In this document: in pieces, positions 48,488 to 58,900 of the stretch
Numbering within the stretch: position 1 is the first letter of the stretch
How the letters are laid out: each line of letters begins with the position of its first letter
Virus record (IMG/VR): IMGVR_UViG_3300020470_003365
Span: 3,622-67,621 of that record
Reading direction: 5' to 3' (one strand)
DNA: 64,000 nucleotides
Source: a virus
Program-made: the position numbers and the translations under genes
Notes under the pieces: generated by a model
Told to the model about the DNA's origin: nothing
The model's input: only the letters and a program-made list of their open reading frames with translations
Databases searched by the model: none

Positions 48488-50761
48488 ATGGCTAGTGGAA
48501 GACTAGGTAGATGTATCTTAGGAAACAGAAGTGGGGCTGAGGTATATCATAACCAATCTGGTAAGGAGGTTTCGGTTACTATATTTTCTCAAGCCCTTAG
48601 CACAACCTTAAATTCTGAATTAACAACTGTTGTTGGAGTTGCTGCTACTGTTTTAGGTAGTACTGTAATAGTAGCAAATTCAGGGCAAACAGGCACGTAT
48701 CAAAGTACAACAGCAATAAATTATTCTTGTGCATTTTGTCGTTGTGATACTGCAAGTAGCGAATATCCAGCACCATCGATAGCATCAACAATCCAAGGAG
48801 CATATAGAACATGGAGATGTTGTTGTGCTCTTGCAGGTGATTATGGTGGAGCATATCCTACAATGGGTCCAGCATTCATTTCTACAGAAGGTAATATAAC
48901 AGATGTATCTCGTTGTACTACGGGATACAGTTGTCAATGTAATAATTGTTGTGTTCCTATTGTATATGGTGGTAATGAAATACAAAGTCCTTCAGTATGG
49001 ATAGATGCTCAAGAACCAAGAGTATGTTGGGATTCGACTCATGGGCCAATGTATCAGTCCAATGTGGTTGGATGGTTTCCTCTCGCATACTGTTCTGGAG
49101 GTATGTGCTGTAGGAGATGTTGTTGGCCTCAAGCAGCTGGTAGTTTTATAACACAAAGGCAAATTGGAACTGGTGTAACTGCAGCACAAAGAGCAGCACA
49201 GTTCATGGCTAATCCTATGTGTCAGTGTGCTCAGAATGATACTTGGTTCATGCCTAATGGAGGAACGAATAATACATTCCCACTTCAGAATTACCAAGGA
49301 TGTGATTCAAATAATGGGTGTAGGTGTCGGGGTGGATCTCATTGCAACATTCAAGGTTGTAGGTTGTGTTATTATGGAGATTATGAGGGAAGACAAACAT
49401 ATACTTTATTTAATTATTATGCATTATGTAATACCCCTGCATGGACTGGTAGATCTTTCAGCCAAGGTGTTAGATGTTGTTTGACAAATTCTAATTGTGA
49501 TGACTGGAATACTTGTTTTGATTGTGGTGCAGGTGCTTGTGGATGGCCAGGTCTTAATGAACAAGGGCCATATAAAATTCCATGTGGAAAGTATGGATCT
49601 CCTATGTGGTGGATGATAGCTTGGTGTGGAGATAGTCCTCACACTTGTTGTGATCATGGATTCATAGTGCAAGGTAATGGATATAGAGTAAGAACTCACT
49701 GCAATGAACCATGTTGTGGATGTGTATGTTGGCATAGAAATGCAGATAAATGCCTTAGACACAATGGATGTCATACAGTTGCTTCTAGAGTATTCCATGC
49801 AGTATGTCATTGGACTTGTAAAATCCAATGTGAGTGTAGACCAAGAAATTGTCCAAATAATAGTAAGAGGATGAGTCCTTATGGATACATGTTTGGAATG
49901 ACAAACTGTTTTGCTATGATGTATTCAGAGAATTCAACTGCTACATGTCAAGATTATTACTTTGGATTTAATGATATTTGTTTATGGAATTGTTGTTGGT
50001 GTCAGTTCTGTCCTTGTTTATTTACTACTGGATTCAGATTCCATATTCCTGATGAAAACCTATCTCCTCAGAACGATGAATTTACTGTAAAATATGTTGC
50101 ATTTAACCCACATGATTGTTATGTTTATACTGCAATTAGATCTAGTTCTACTCTTGACTGTGGTATCTGGCGAATTGATCCTCATGAAATAAGACGACAG
50201 GCTGGTTTGTTCTGTGGTTGTTCTAGTGCTAACTGTCATTGTTGTGGTGGTGTCTGTGGAATGTATTCCATGGCTCCAAGTGATCCAAATTGGGCTGTAG
50301 CATTAGCACATGATGGTGGTGGTGGTGCTTGTGCATTGTGTAGATCATCAGTATGGCCTGCAGTTTGGGATTGTGAGCATTACACTCGTGGAGGATTCTG
50401 TGTAAGTTGTCTTTATAGATCAGGAAAATGTTTATGGACAATGGGAGTCTATAATCATCAAACTAAGAAATGGGATGGTTTTAGTACTAAAAACCTTTGG
50501 CAATGGGATGCTTCTGGAGATCCTTTAGTTCAAAAAGTTAATGATACTTTAACTAGATCTATTACTGATGATTATAGATGTGTTGTTGAAGTTTGTAATT
50601 GTTTCTTTGCTAATATGGATTGTAGTGGACTTATTGATTATAAAGTAAGTGCTAATCAATATGAAAGAACTGGTATAGTTCTTTCTAATGGTGATCGAGT
50701 TATGGTTAATAACAATAGCGATCATAAAACAAACGTTCAAGTTTGGGGGTTTGAAGGTTAA
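48488..50761 (+). CDS. Cysteine-rich virion-associated protein
   Basis: About 75 Cys in 757 aa by hand count. Cys-poor termini (MASGRLG... and ...ERTGIVL..GD.V.V...VQVWGFE) resemble the two halves of a small phage beta-sandwich domain. Confidence 0.6.
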   Translation: MASGRLGRCILGNRSGAEVYHNQSGKEVSVTIFSQALSTTLNSELTTVVGVAATVLGSTVIVANSGQTGTYQSTTAINYSCAFCRCDTASSEYPAPSIASTIQGAYRTWRCCCALAGDYGGAYPTMGPAFISTEGNITDVSRCTTGYSCQCNNCCVPIVYGGNEIQSPSVWIDAQEPRVCWDSTHGPMYQSNVVGWFPLAYCSGGMCCRRCCWPQAAGSFITQRQIGTGVTAAQRAAQFMANPMCQCAQNDTWFMPNGGTNNTFPLQNYQGCDSNNGCRCRGGSHCNIQGCRLCYYGDYEGRQTYTLFNYYALCNTPAWTGRSFSQGVRCCLTNSNCDDWNTCFDCGAGACGWPGLNEQGPYKIPCGKYGSPMWWMIAWCGDSPHTCCDHGFIVQGNGYRVRTHCNEPCCGCVCWHRNADKCLRHNGCHTVASRVFHAVCHWTCKIQCECRPRNCPNNSKRMSPYGYMFGMTNCFAMMYSENSTATCQDYYFGFNDICLWNCCWCQFCPCLFTTGFRFHIPDENLSPQNDEFTVKYVAFNPHDCYVYTAIRSSSTLDCGIWRIDPHEIRRQAGLFCGCSSANCHCCGGVCGMYSMAPSDPNWAVALAHDGGGGACALCRSSVWPAVWDCEHYTRGGFCVSCLYRSGKCLWTMGVYNHQTKKWDGFSTKNLWQWDASGDPLVQKVNDTLTRSITDDYRCVVEVCNCFFANMDCSGLIDYKVSANQYERTGIVLSNGDRVMVNNNSDHKTNVQVWGFEG

Positions 50762-51633
50762 TGGCTAGAATTATAAAAACAGTATCTTCTACTGGAGAAG
50801 CCAGTAGCGGTGGTGCAGGATTACAGGCATCAGATGTTTGTAATATTATATGTAAAAGTATAGTAGGTACAGCATCTACTTCTTTGCTTCCAAGATGCCA
50901 AGGAGAAACAGGATGGGAATTGATATGTAACTGTGATCATTGGGGAGATTGTTATTCAAGCCCTATAGAATGGGATGTAGATACTAGTAAATATAGAGCA
51001 TTTAGATGGTGTATCAGAGGAATTACACACTGTGGATGTTGTGATTCTACTTTTTGCCTGTATCTAGTGGATAATAGTGGTACATGTCAGGGTAGTGTTT
51101 ACTATCGTAATTGGGATATGAGGAATAAAACTTGGCCAAATGGTTCATGTTGTTGTTGGTGTTGGCAAAGTAGTTTTGATTGTATTTGTTTCTGCTGGTA
51201 CTGCTGTAGCACTAATTGTGCGATGCCTCAAGCAATAGCAATAGAAATAGGTCAAGCTGCGTCTAAAGCAAATTGTATGAGTGGTCAACAATCTACTGCA
51301 GGAATATGTTATGATATATGTTATGGTCATAGATGGGCTTATTGCGATTGTTCTCCAGATTGGGGTGGTGCAAATAGAATGGTAGGATATACCTGGTGTC
51401 ATCCAATAGTATGGGCTGAGACTCAAAATGCTTGTTATTTTAAGAAACTTAAACTAACTGCTAAATATGGATTAATACCTACAGATGTAACTTCTTTTAA
51501 TTGGCAGGCAAAATGGGGTACTGAACCACAAGGACAACCCTGTTGGTCAATGTATGGAATACCATGCACTAGACCAAATGTTGCTGGTTCCTATGGTGGA
51601 GAAGAAAATGTACAAACCACATCATTCGGATAA
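50761..51633 (+). CDS. Cysteine/tryptophan-rich fibre-tip-like protein
   Basis: About 31 Cys in 290 aa (SCCCWCW, DCICFCWYCC); GWELI and terminal SMYGI motifs as in phage fibre end domains. Confidence 0.6.
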   Translation: MARIIKTVSSTGEASSGGAGLQASDVCNIICKSIVGTASTSLLPRCQGETGWELICNCDHWGDCYSSPIEWDVDTSKYRAFRWCIRGITHCGCCDSTFCLYLVDNSGTCQGSVYYRNWDMRNKTWPNGSCCCWCWQSSFDCICFCWYCCSTNCAMPQAIAIEIGQAASKANCMSGQQSTAGICYDICYGHRWAYCDCSPDWGGANRMVGYTWCHPIVWAETQNACYFKKLKLTAKYGLIPTDVTSFNWQAKWGTEPQGQPCWSMYGIPCTRPNVAGSYGGEENVQTTSFG

Positions 51634-51649
51634 TACGGAGGTAATATAA

Positions 51650-52387
51650 ATGGCAACTCACTTTAAGTTAGACGGAACAACGTCAACCACTTCAGAAGAT
51701 GTAAATTCACAAGAAGAACTTAAAAATGAAGTTATTGAATTTGCATCTAAACATAATGATAATATGGATGTGTTGAGAGATTGGAGAACTTCTCAATTAA
51801 AAGAAACTGACTGGATGGCATATGAAGATTCTCCACCTATGTCTGATGAATGGAAAACTTATCGTCAAAAATTGCGTAATCTTCCTGTATCTACTGATGC
51901 AAACCTTTTTCGTATTCCAGATGCTGATTTTCCAATAGCACCAGGAGAATCTGAGATTGCTTCAGATGCTCTTAAATTTTGTAAAAGTTCAGATCCTTTA
52001 GGCATTGCTACTACATCTTGGATTGGTATCACCACTACTGGTGAATATTTTAGACAAAACAAACCAACTATAGATGCTACTGTAAGTAGTGCTAGTACTA
52101 TCTACAGTGCTGCATCAACTACTAATATTGAATTTAAAGTTAATACCGTTAATATGGCTGTAGAGGCAGAATATCCTTGGCGAACAATGGGTAGTGATCC
52201 TGTAGTTGATAAATTATTTGGATATGTAAAAATTGTTCCTGATCCAACAACACACCAAGGTATTGGTACAGTATCTGTTGCTATTGGATCAAGTATCTAT
52301 GGTCAAGTAACTATGGATGGTAATATTGAGTTCAATGTGAATGTGGATGGATTAGATAGGGCGTATACTGTAGGGGTTACCACATAA
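51650..52387 (+). CDS. Tail fibre assembly chaperone-like protein
   Basis: LR.WR...L.ETDW...DSP...EW.TYRQ.LR.LP...FP..P motif, plus a C-terminal beta domain; GGAGG RBS. Confidence 0.78.
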   Translation: MATHFKLDGTTSTTSEDVNSQEELKNEVIEFASKHNDNMDVLRDWRTSQLKETDWMAYEDSPPMSDEWKTYRQKLRNLPVSTDANLFRIPDADFPIAPGESEIASDALKFCKSSDPLGIATTSWIGITTTGEYFRQNKPTIDATVSSASTIYSAASTTNIEFKVNTVNMAVEAEYPWRTMGSDPVVDKLFGYVKIVPDPTTHQGIGTVSVAIGSSIYGQVTMDGNIEFNVNVDGLDRAYTVGVTT

Positions 52388-52390
52388 GGG

Positions 52391-52424
52391 TTGCACAAAT
52401 AAGTATTTGATTGTATAATAAATA
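52391..52424 (+). promoter_or_regulatory. Dual promoter: sigma70 plus late box
   Basis: TTGCAC-17 bp-TATAAT (52414-52419) overlapping TAAATA (52419-52424). Confidence 0.65.
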
Positions 52425-52465
52425 CCAGTGTATGAATTACATTCACAGGTATTTGGCTTTTACTT

Positions 52466-53413
52466 ATGGAACGAAAGAAAGTATTTCACCTTGATGGTGG
52501 AGCAGGTAGGGTTATATGTGCTCTTCCAGCATTAGAAAAATATGCAAAGAAGAATCCAGATAAAGATTTTAATATTATTGTAGGTGGATGGGATAGTTTA
52601 ACATATGGCAATCGTCTTCTTCAAAATAAGACGTATAGTATGGATACTAAAGGTATCTTTAACCTTTTAATTAAAGATAATCAGATTATTCATCCAGAAC
52701 CATATTTGCTTTGGGAATATTATAATCAGAAATGTTCTTTAGTAGAAGGATTTGATAAGATTATCAACGAAACTGATGATCATTCAGATTTGGAACCACC
52801 TCATCTGTACTTAGCTAAAGCAGAAGAAAAGAGTGCTGCTAATTTAATAGCCCAAGTAGAATCAAAGCAAAATAAAAGCACTACGATTGTAATTCAACCA
52901 TTTGGAAGGTCAGCAAGAGTTGATAATGGAGACATTATTGATGATAGTACAAGATCACTAGAACAAGATGTTTATCAGAAGTTAGTTAAGAAGTTATCAC
53001 AGAAATATAATATTATATTCATGGGTGATCCTGAGTTTGCACAGGCAGTATCTGAAGAAGATCAAATATCAGAAAAACCACAAATACCTGACATTCGTGC
53101 ATGGGCCGCTATTATTGAAGCATCTGATTACTTTATTGGATGTGATAGTATGGGTCAGCATATGGCAAGAGCATTTAATATTCCAGGTACAGTTATTCTT
53201 GGATCAACTTATGCTGAGAATATTACTTACTCTGATTATTTCCAAATAATAGAGAATGAAAACGTAGAGAAAACTTATTCACCAATTCGTGCAGTTGGGT
53301 TTGATTCTCATCTTGCGGATAGATTGAATGATGGTTTAATGAATTTTGATGATGATCAAATTAATCAAATTTATACTAAAATTGTAAAAGATATTAAGGA
53401 GAAAGTATCATGA
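52466..53413 (+). CDS. GT9-like (ADP-heptose heptosyltransferase-like) glycosyltransferase
   Basis: GG.G.VICA.PAL, IVIQPFG, WAAII..SDYFIGCDS.GQHMARAF..PGTVI.GST (GT9 D(S/T)..H.A.A motif). Confidence 0.68.
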   Translation: MERKKVFHLDGGAGRVICALPALEKYAKKNPDKDFNIIVGGWDSLTYGNRLLQNKTYSMDTKGIFNLLIKDNQIIHPEPYLLWEYYNQKCSLVEGFDKIINETDDHSDLEPPHLYLAKAEEKSAANLIAQVESKQNKSTTIVIQPFGRSARVDNGDIIDDSTRSLEQDVYQKLVKKLSQKYNIIFMGDPEFAQAVSEEDQISEKPQIPDIRAWAAIIEASDYFIGCDSMGQHMARAFNIPGTVILGSTYAENITYSDYFQIIENENVEKTYSPIRAVGFDSHLADRLNDGLMNFDDDQINQIYTKIVKDIKEKVS

Positions 53414-55164
53414 CATATAATGTAATGGCTATCAATCCAAATCATAATGGATCAGTAGCACTTGTAGTTGATGGTAAGTTAGAATATTACATTGAAGAAG
53501 AAAGATTGACTCGTTATAAGCATGATGCCAATCCTTTTCGAGGTATGCTTTATTTGATGGAAACTTATCATATTGATGAGTTGATAATAGGGGGACAAGG
53601 ACAAGAAGCACATCGTCTTCCTTGGACAGGTAAGGATTCTTATGAATCTTTGGTAGAAAAATTTAATCCAGATGTAAAGATTACTAAATGTCCTGAAGAT
53701 CATCATCTAAGTCATGCTGCAGCCACTTTTTACGGTTCTGGATTTGACACTGCGGCTGCATTAATAGTTGATGGTTGTGGATCTTTGCATAGTTTGGAGA
53801 AAGGTCAAATTAATGCATTTGAAACAGAAAGTATCTATAAATGTTCTTTTCCTGGTGAATTTGAACCAGTATTTAAAAGATATGGTGGAAATGATTTACC
53901 AAGAATAATTGATTCTGATCGTGAAATTGATGGTGGGGTAACCTTAGTCAAGGCATATGAAGCAGTTACACAATATCTTGGATTTGGTTTTATTGAAGCA
54001 GGAAAAACTATGGGTCTTGCTCCTTATGGAAAAAAAGATGATAAAATTCCTGAGTTATTTCTTGGTGATAGTATGAGAGGAGATAAGAATGTTTTTATGG
54101 CTAAATATCCTGGAGGAGCATTAATTGATACTGAAAGATATGATTATCTTAGATATAAATTTCCTGCAAATGTTTCTCGTGATAGCTGGAAAACATTTGA
54201 AGATATGATATCTACATGGCATAAACATCCAGAACTGCTTACTAATTCTGCAAAGAATCTTGCATGGAAGGTTCAGAATGACACACAGGAAGCTATGTGT
54301 AATTTTATTGAAAAAGCAGTTGATATGACTGGTGAGAAAAATATTGTAATTTCTGGTGGATATGGATTAAATGTTATAGCAAATTATTATTATAAGAAAA
54401 AATTTCCTGAGTTAAACATTTATATTGATCCTATATCTCATGATGGTGGAACTGCCATTGGTCTTGCAAAAATGTATGCTAACAAACATATAGCAGAAGA
54501 GGGTGGGGAACACTTAAGAGATCCTTTAACTACTTTATATCTTGGGCCAAAATATGATATAAGATCTGAAGATGTAGAAGATCTCATTGAAGATAATATG
54601 GAACTTACAGATGCTACAGATGTAGATATAGCACAACTAATTAAAGATCGTAATATTGTTTCTATTTTTCAAGGTAGATCAGAAGCAGGCCCTAGAGCAT
54701 TAGGTAATCGTTCTATTGTCTATGATCCAACAGATCCTGATGGTAAGGCTAAGGTTAACACTGTTAAACGTAGAGAATTTTTTAGACCTTTTGCAGGTTC
54801 TATCATGAAAGAACATGCAAAGGAATGGTTTGATCTTCGTGGTTTGGATGAAACACCATACATGATGTATGCTATGGAAATGCAAGATAAGCATATAGGT
54901 GAATTACCTGCTGTTACACATGTAGATGGAACTTGTAGAATACAAACTGTATCACAAGAACAGAATGAAAACTATTATAATCTTATAAATGAGTTTTATA
55001 AATTAAGTGGTATTCCTCTTTTGTTTAATACAAGTTTTAATCTAGGTGGTCAACCTTTAGTTGAAACTATATTTGATGCTATTCATACTTTGAAGAATAG
55101 TCAATTAGAATATCTTTACTTACCTGAACTAGGTAAATTATTGAAAGTACCTAATCAAGAATAA
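53410..55164 (+). CDS. Carbamoyltransferase (NodU/CmcH family)
   Basis: H.GS.A, EEERL.R.KHD, HH.SHA, DG.G, GK.MGLAPYG, SGG..LN..AN, P..HDGG.AIG, SEAGPRALGNRSI, KRRE.FRPFA, HVDGTCRIQTV, NTSFN..G.PLVE. Confidence 0.92.
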   Translation: MTYNVMAINPNHNGSVALVVDGKLEYYIEEERLTRYKHDANPFRGMLYLMETYHIDELIIGGQGQEAHRLPWTGKDSYESLVEKFNPDVKITKCPEDHHLSHAAATFYGSGFDTAAALIVDGCGSLHSLEKGQINAFETESIYKCSFPGEFEPVFKRYGGNDLPRIIDSDREIDGGVTLVKAYEAVTQYLGFGFIEAGKTMGLAPYGKKDDKIPELFLGDSMRGDKNVFMAKYPGGALIDTERYDYLRYKFPANVSRDSWKTFEDMISTWHKHPELLTNSAKNLAWKVQNDTQEAMCNFIEKAVDMTGEKNIVISGGYGLNVIANYYYKKKFPELNIYIDPISHDGGTAIGLAKMYANKHIAEEGGEHLRDPLTTLYLGPKYDIRSEDVEDLIEDNMELTDATDVDIAQLIKDRNIVSIFQGRSEAGPRALGNRSIVYDPTDPDGKAKVNTVKRREFFRPFAGSIMKEHAKEWFDLRGLDETPYMMYAMEMQDKHIGELPAVTHVDGTCRIQTVSQEQNENYYNLINEFYKLSGIPLLFNTSFNLGGQPLVETIFDAIHTLKNSQLEYLYLPELGKLLKVPNQE

Positions 55165-55892
55165 TGGGACGTTTTAAATCTAAAAAACCACCAACACAAC
55201 CTGTTCAATTTGCACCTTCACAACCTACTGGTGCATGTCCTACTGGGGGGATGCGACCTCAACAACAGATGGGCCCACCTCAACAGAATATGGATCCAAA
55301 TGGATGGCAAGGTCAATATGATCCAAAAGATTGGCCTACTTCTTTTCCAAAACCAATGATTGGAATTGATAGAGATGGTGTAATTCTTGAGTGGAGGAAT
55401 ATGATTAAAAGATATGAGGATATAAAGTATATACAAGGGTCACTTGAAGCCATCCGTAAATTGAGGTTGAAGGGACATAAGATGTTTATGTTATCAGATC
55501 AACCTAATATCTATAGAGGTTTAATGAAGGATCAAGATGTTCAGAATATTATGAATATTATGATGCAAAACTTTGGTCAGCATGGTATTTTTAGTATTGA
55601 TGGTTTTTTATATAATCAATCTGATGATATTAGAGATCCGTATGCAAAACCAAATATTGGAATGTTAAATCGTTCTAAGAATGAAATGGGTCTTGATTGG
55701 ACTGATGGATATTATGTTGGTGATACGATAGAAGATATTAAAATGGCAATTAAGTTTGGTGTTACTCCAGTATTAGTAAGAACAGGTAAAGGAAAAACCA
55801 CTGAGAAAGAATATCTTAAAGGTATGAATAATAAATATCAAGGAGTAAAGGTATTTGATAACCTACTTTCATTTGTAGATTCCTTAGATTAG
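55164..55892 (+). CDS. gmhB: D,D-heptose-1,7-bisphosphate phosphatase-like HAD-IIIA hydrolase with Pro/Gln-rich N-terminal tail
   Basis: DRDGVI, SDQ, KPNIGM, YVGD..EDI..A, LVRTGKG. Confidence 0.75.
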   Translation: MGRFKSKKPPTQPVQFAPSQPTGACPTGGMRPQQQMGPPQQNMDPNGWQGQYDPKDWPTSFPKPMIGIDRDGVILEWRNMIKRYEDIKYIQGSLEAIRKLRLKGHKMFMLSDQPNIYRGLMKDQDVQNIMNIMMQNFGQHGIFSIDGFLYNQSDDIRDPYAKPNIGMLNRSKNEMGLDWTDGYYVGDTIEDIKMAIKFGVTPVLVRTGKGKTTEKEYLKGMNNKYQGVKVFDNLLSFVDSLD

Positions 55893-55900
55893 TTATGACA

Positions 55901-55906
55901 TAAATA
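55901..55906 (+). promoter_or_regulatory. Late promoter box TAAATA
   Basis: ataaatatctaaaaa; the same 15-mer occurs at 59244-59258. Confidence 0.65.
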
Positions 55907-55925
55907 TCTAAAAAAGTGTCAGAGA

Positions 55926-58900
55926 ATGAGCCAGACTAAAGCCCAATTATTAGATCCAAAAGGGGATGTAACATATTCAGGACATATAACTGGAGTTGGT
56001 GCAACTTTTACTGGAAATATCACAGCAGCAGACGGTATATTCAGTGGTAATGTTTCGGTTGCAGGGACACTAACTAAGCAAGATGTAACCAATGTAGACT
56101 CAGTTGGACTTATAACAGCAAGAAGTGGTGTTAGGGTAACTGCTGGTGGATTAGATGTAACTGGTGTCTCTACATTTGCTGGTTATATCAATCTTGCACA
56201 AAAAATAGTTCACACAGGAGATCCAGATACTTCTATAGAGTTTGATACTAATATAATAAAATTTGAAACTGCTGGTGGTCAAAGACTTCGCATATCTGAT
56301 GATGGTAAAATTGGTATTGGAACAGATATTATAAGAGGTGGAATAGATGTATTTGGTGATGGTAGTTCATATCCTACTTTACGGTTGGGTACAGAATTAT
56401 ATCAAACAGAGGGAGAAGATATAAGATTTGGTAGAATTGATGCTGGTGCTACTGATGTTCGATATCATTCAATTTGGACTAGACATGATGGAAGTGATAG
56501 TGGTAATAATATACAGTTTAGAATACATGATGCTACAGGAGCTCCTCATACATCTCAAGCAAAAGTTCTAACTTTAACAGGAGCTGGAGATGCATCTCTA
56601 AGTGCTTCTGGAGATGTTATGGGTGTCTCTAGATTAACCATATTACCTGCGGATAGAACATCTGCATTTGATGCAAGTGATGGAGATACATGGCACGATG
56701 TTGTTCTAAAACAAACTGGAAGTGCTGGAAATAATGCAGTAGGTATTGCATTTGAAACTAGTACCTCTGGTTATCATAAAAACGCTGGAACTGGTATTGC
56801 AGCAGTCAAGAATGGAACCAATAATGATTATGGTTCTCATTTAGTATTCATTACAAGACCACAAAGTGGTGCTGCAAGTGAAAAACTTCGTATAAGTGAT
56901 GCAGGTGCGTTGGGTATTGGTGGTGCTACCTATGGTAATGCAGGTCAAGTATTAACTTCTGGTGGTAGTGGTGCTGCTATTTCATGGGCTGATGCTGCTG
57001 GTGGTGCAGAATATGCTGGTATTGCTTCTGGTTCTATTAGTACTGGTAATCCAGTTATAGTTCACCCTGACGGTAAATTAGAAAAAGTTAAAAACAGTTA
57101 TACGCAAGATATACAAATAGGTGGTGCTGCTAATGGTGATACTGAAATAGATGATCCTGGTGTTAGACCACTTTACTTCCCTGATGAAGATGGTACTGAA
57201 AGATATCTATTCCTGTATCGTAAGAGCATGAGTCCTTATTATAGGACAGCAACAAGGGCAGGTAATAGTTTATCACTATCTAGTAGAAACCAGTGGAATG
57301 GTGGTAATGGTGCTGGAAATTTCGCAGTAGGATATAATCCAGATCGTAAAAGAGCTGTAATGATATTCTACCAGCAAAGTCCAGGTGGTTACTGTGCTGT
57401 GCAAATAATAAGACCTAACGGTTCATCAATAGCTCAAGGTTCAACAGTTCAAGTAGATACTGGAGGTAGTGTTAATGGTGTAGGTGTTGCTTATCATGGT
57501 GATGATAAATTCATCATTGCATGGTCTAGAGGTGGCACAGTATATTCAAAAATATTAACAAATACTAGTTCAAGTAACTATACAGGAATTAGTTTAGGAA
57601 ATACAGTCACCGTTGGAAGTGCAGGTGGAAATATTGGATCACGAATTTCTATTTCAGAGAAAGATAATAATGGAAAACATATGCTGTTTTATCCAGTATT
57701 CCCAACTGGATCAAGATATTCTGGTTTCGGAATAAATTATACGGTTATCAGTGTTAGTGGCACAACCCCTTCTTTTGGATCTATTTCACATTTAGGTGGA
57801 AATGCTGAGAGAGAATATGAAGCTAATAATATGCTTGTTGATTCTTCTTTTGATAGTTCTCAAAATAGGTATCTAGTAGTTTATAAGCAAGTGCATGATG
57901 GTACAGGTACTTATATTAATAAAACCTATGTGGTAAATGCAACTATTAGTGGTACAAGTATAACAATGAGTTCTCAGGTAGAACTAACAAATAATATAAC
58001 TGAAACTACACCATCTACAGCTTTTGATTCAAATTTAAATAAACATTTTGTATTTCTTTATAGTACTGCTAACAGTAACTCAGTTGTAGCTCACCCATTT
58101 ACTATTACTGGTAGTGCTGCTCCTAGTGCAGGATCTACATTTAATGTATCAACAGGTGAAAAGGTATGGTATGGTAAAGTAATATTTAATGCAACTATTG
58201 GTAAATTAATTTTTGGTGCTAGAAATGCAAGTTCTTCTGGTGCTGGTAATTGGTTAAGAGCTCGTGTTATCAGCACGTCACAAGTCGAAACAAACCTCAA
58301 GCGAGAAAATTTCATTGGATTATCTAAGGGTAATTATACTGATGGTAATACAGCAAAAGTAAATGTTAATGGTAGTGTTGATGAAAATCAGTCTAGCCTT
58401 ACACCAGGTCAAACATACTTTGTTCAAAAAGATGGTACATTAGCTCTTACTTCTGATACTGAAAGAGTTGTAGCTGGACAAGCAGTAAGTTCTACTAATT
58501 TGATAGTGAGAGATGAGAATCCTAGACAAGGAATTTTAGGATATTGGAAATATCATTTGAGAAACTGTGGTAATTATAAATCTTGGTGTACTTGTGGATG
58601 GGTTGGTGCATATGATAGAGATGCTAATAATAGTTGTAATTTCTGTGTAGGTAAATGGCAACCTTGGTGTTGTACCAGTTATGGAGCAAATAATAAATTT
58701 ATTGACGCATATAATCTTTCAGATGAAAATGGTGGAAATATGTGTATAGGTTGTGGTGGGATGAGTTGTAATACTCCATTCTGTGTAAGTCCTAATGCAT
58801 GTAATAATAGTTGTCCTGATGGAAGATTCTGGTTCCCTTCTGAAGGATTGTATTGTTATAACTTCAATATGATGTGGTTGAATTGTCAGGGTATGGCTCA

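Noticed and set aside
48488-51633. Cys-rich ORFs as wrong-frame artefacts or RiPP precursors
   Set aside because: They are long, have an RBS, late promoter and normal phage-domain termini; too large for RiPP precursors, and no radical SAM, YcaO or LanM enzyme is present.
34008-55892. Enzymes as a DNA hypermodification cluster
   Set aside because: No hydroxymethylase, TET/JBP or nucleotide kinase is linked and the context is fibre genes; judged less likely but not excluded.
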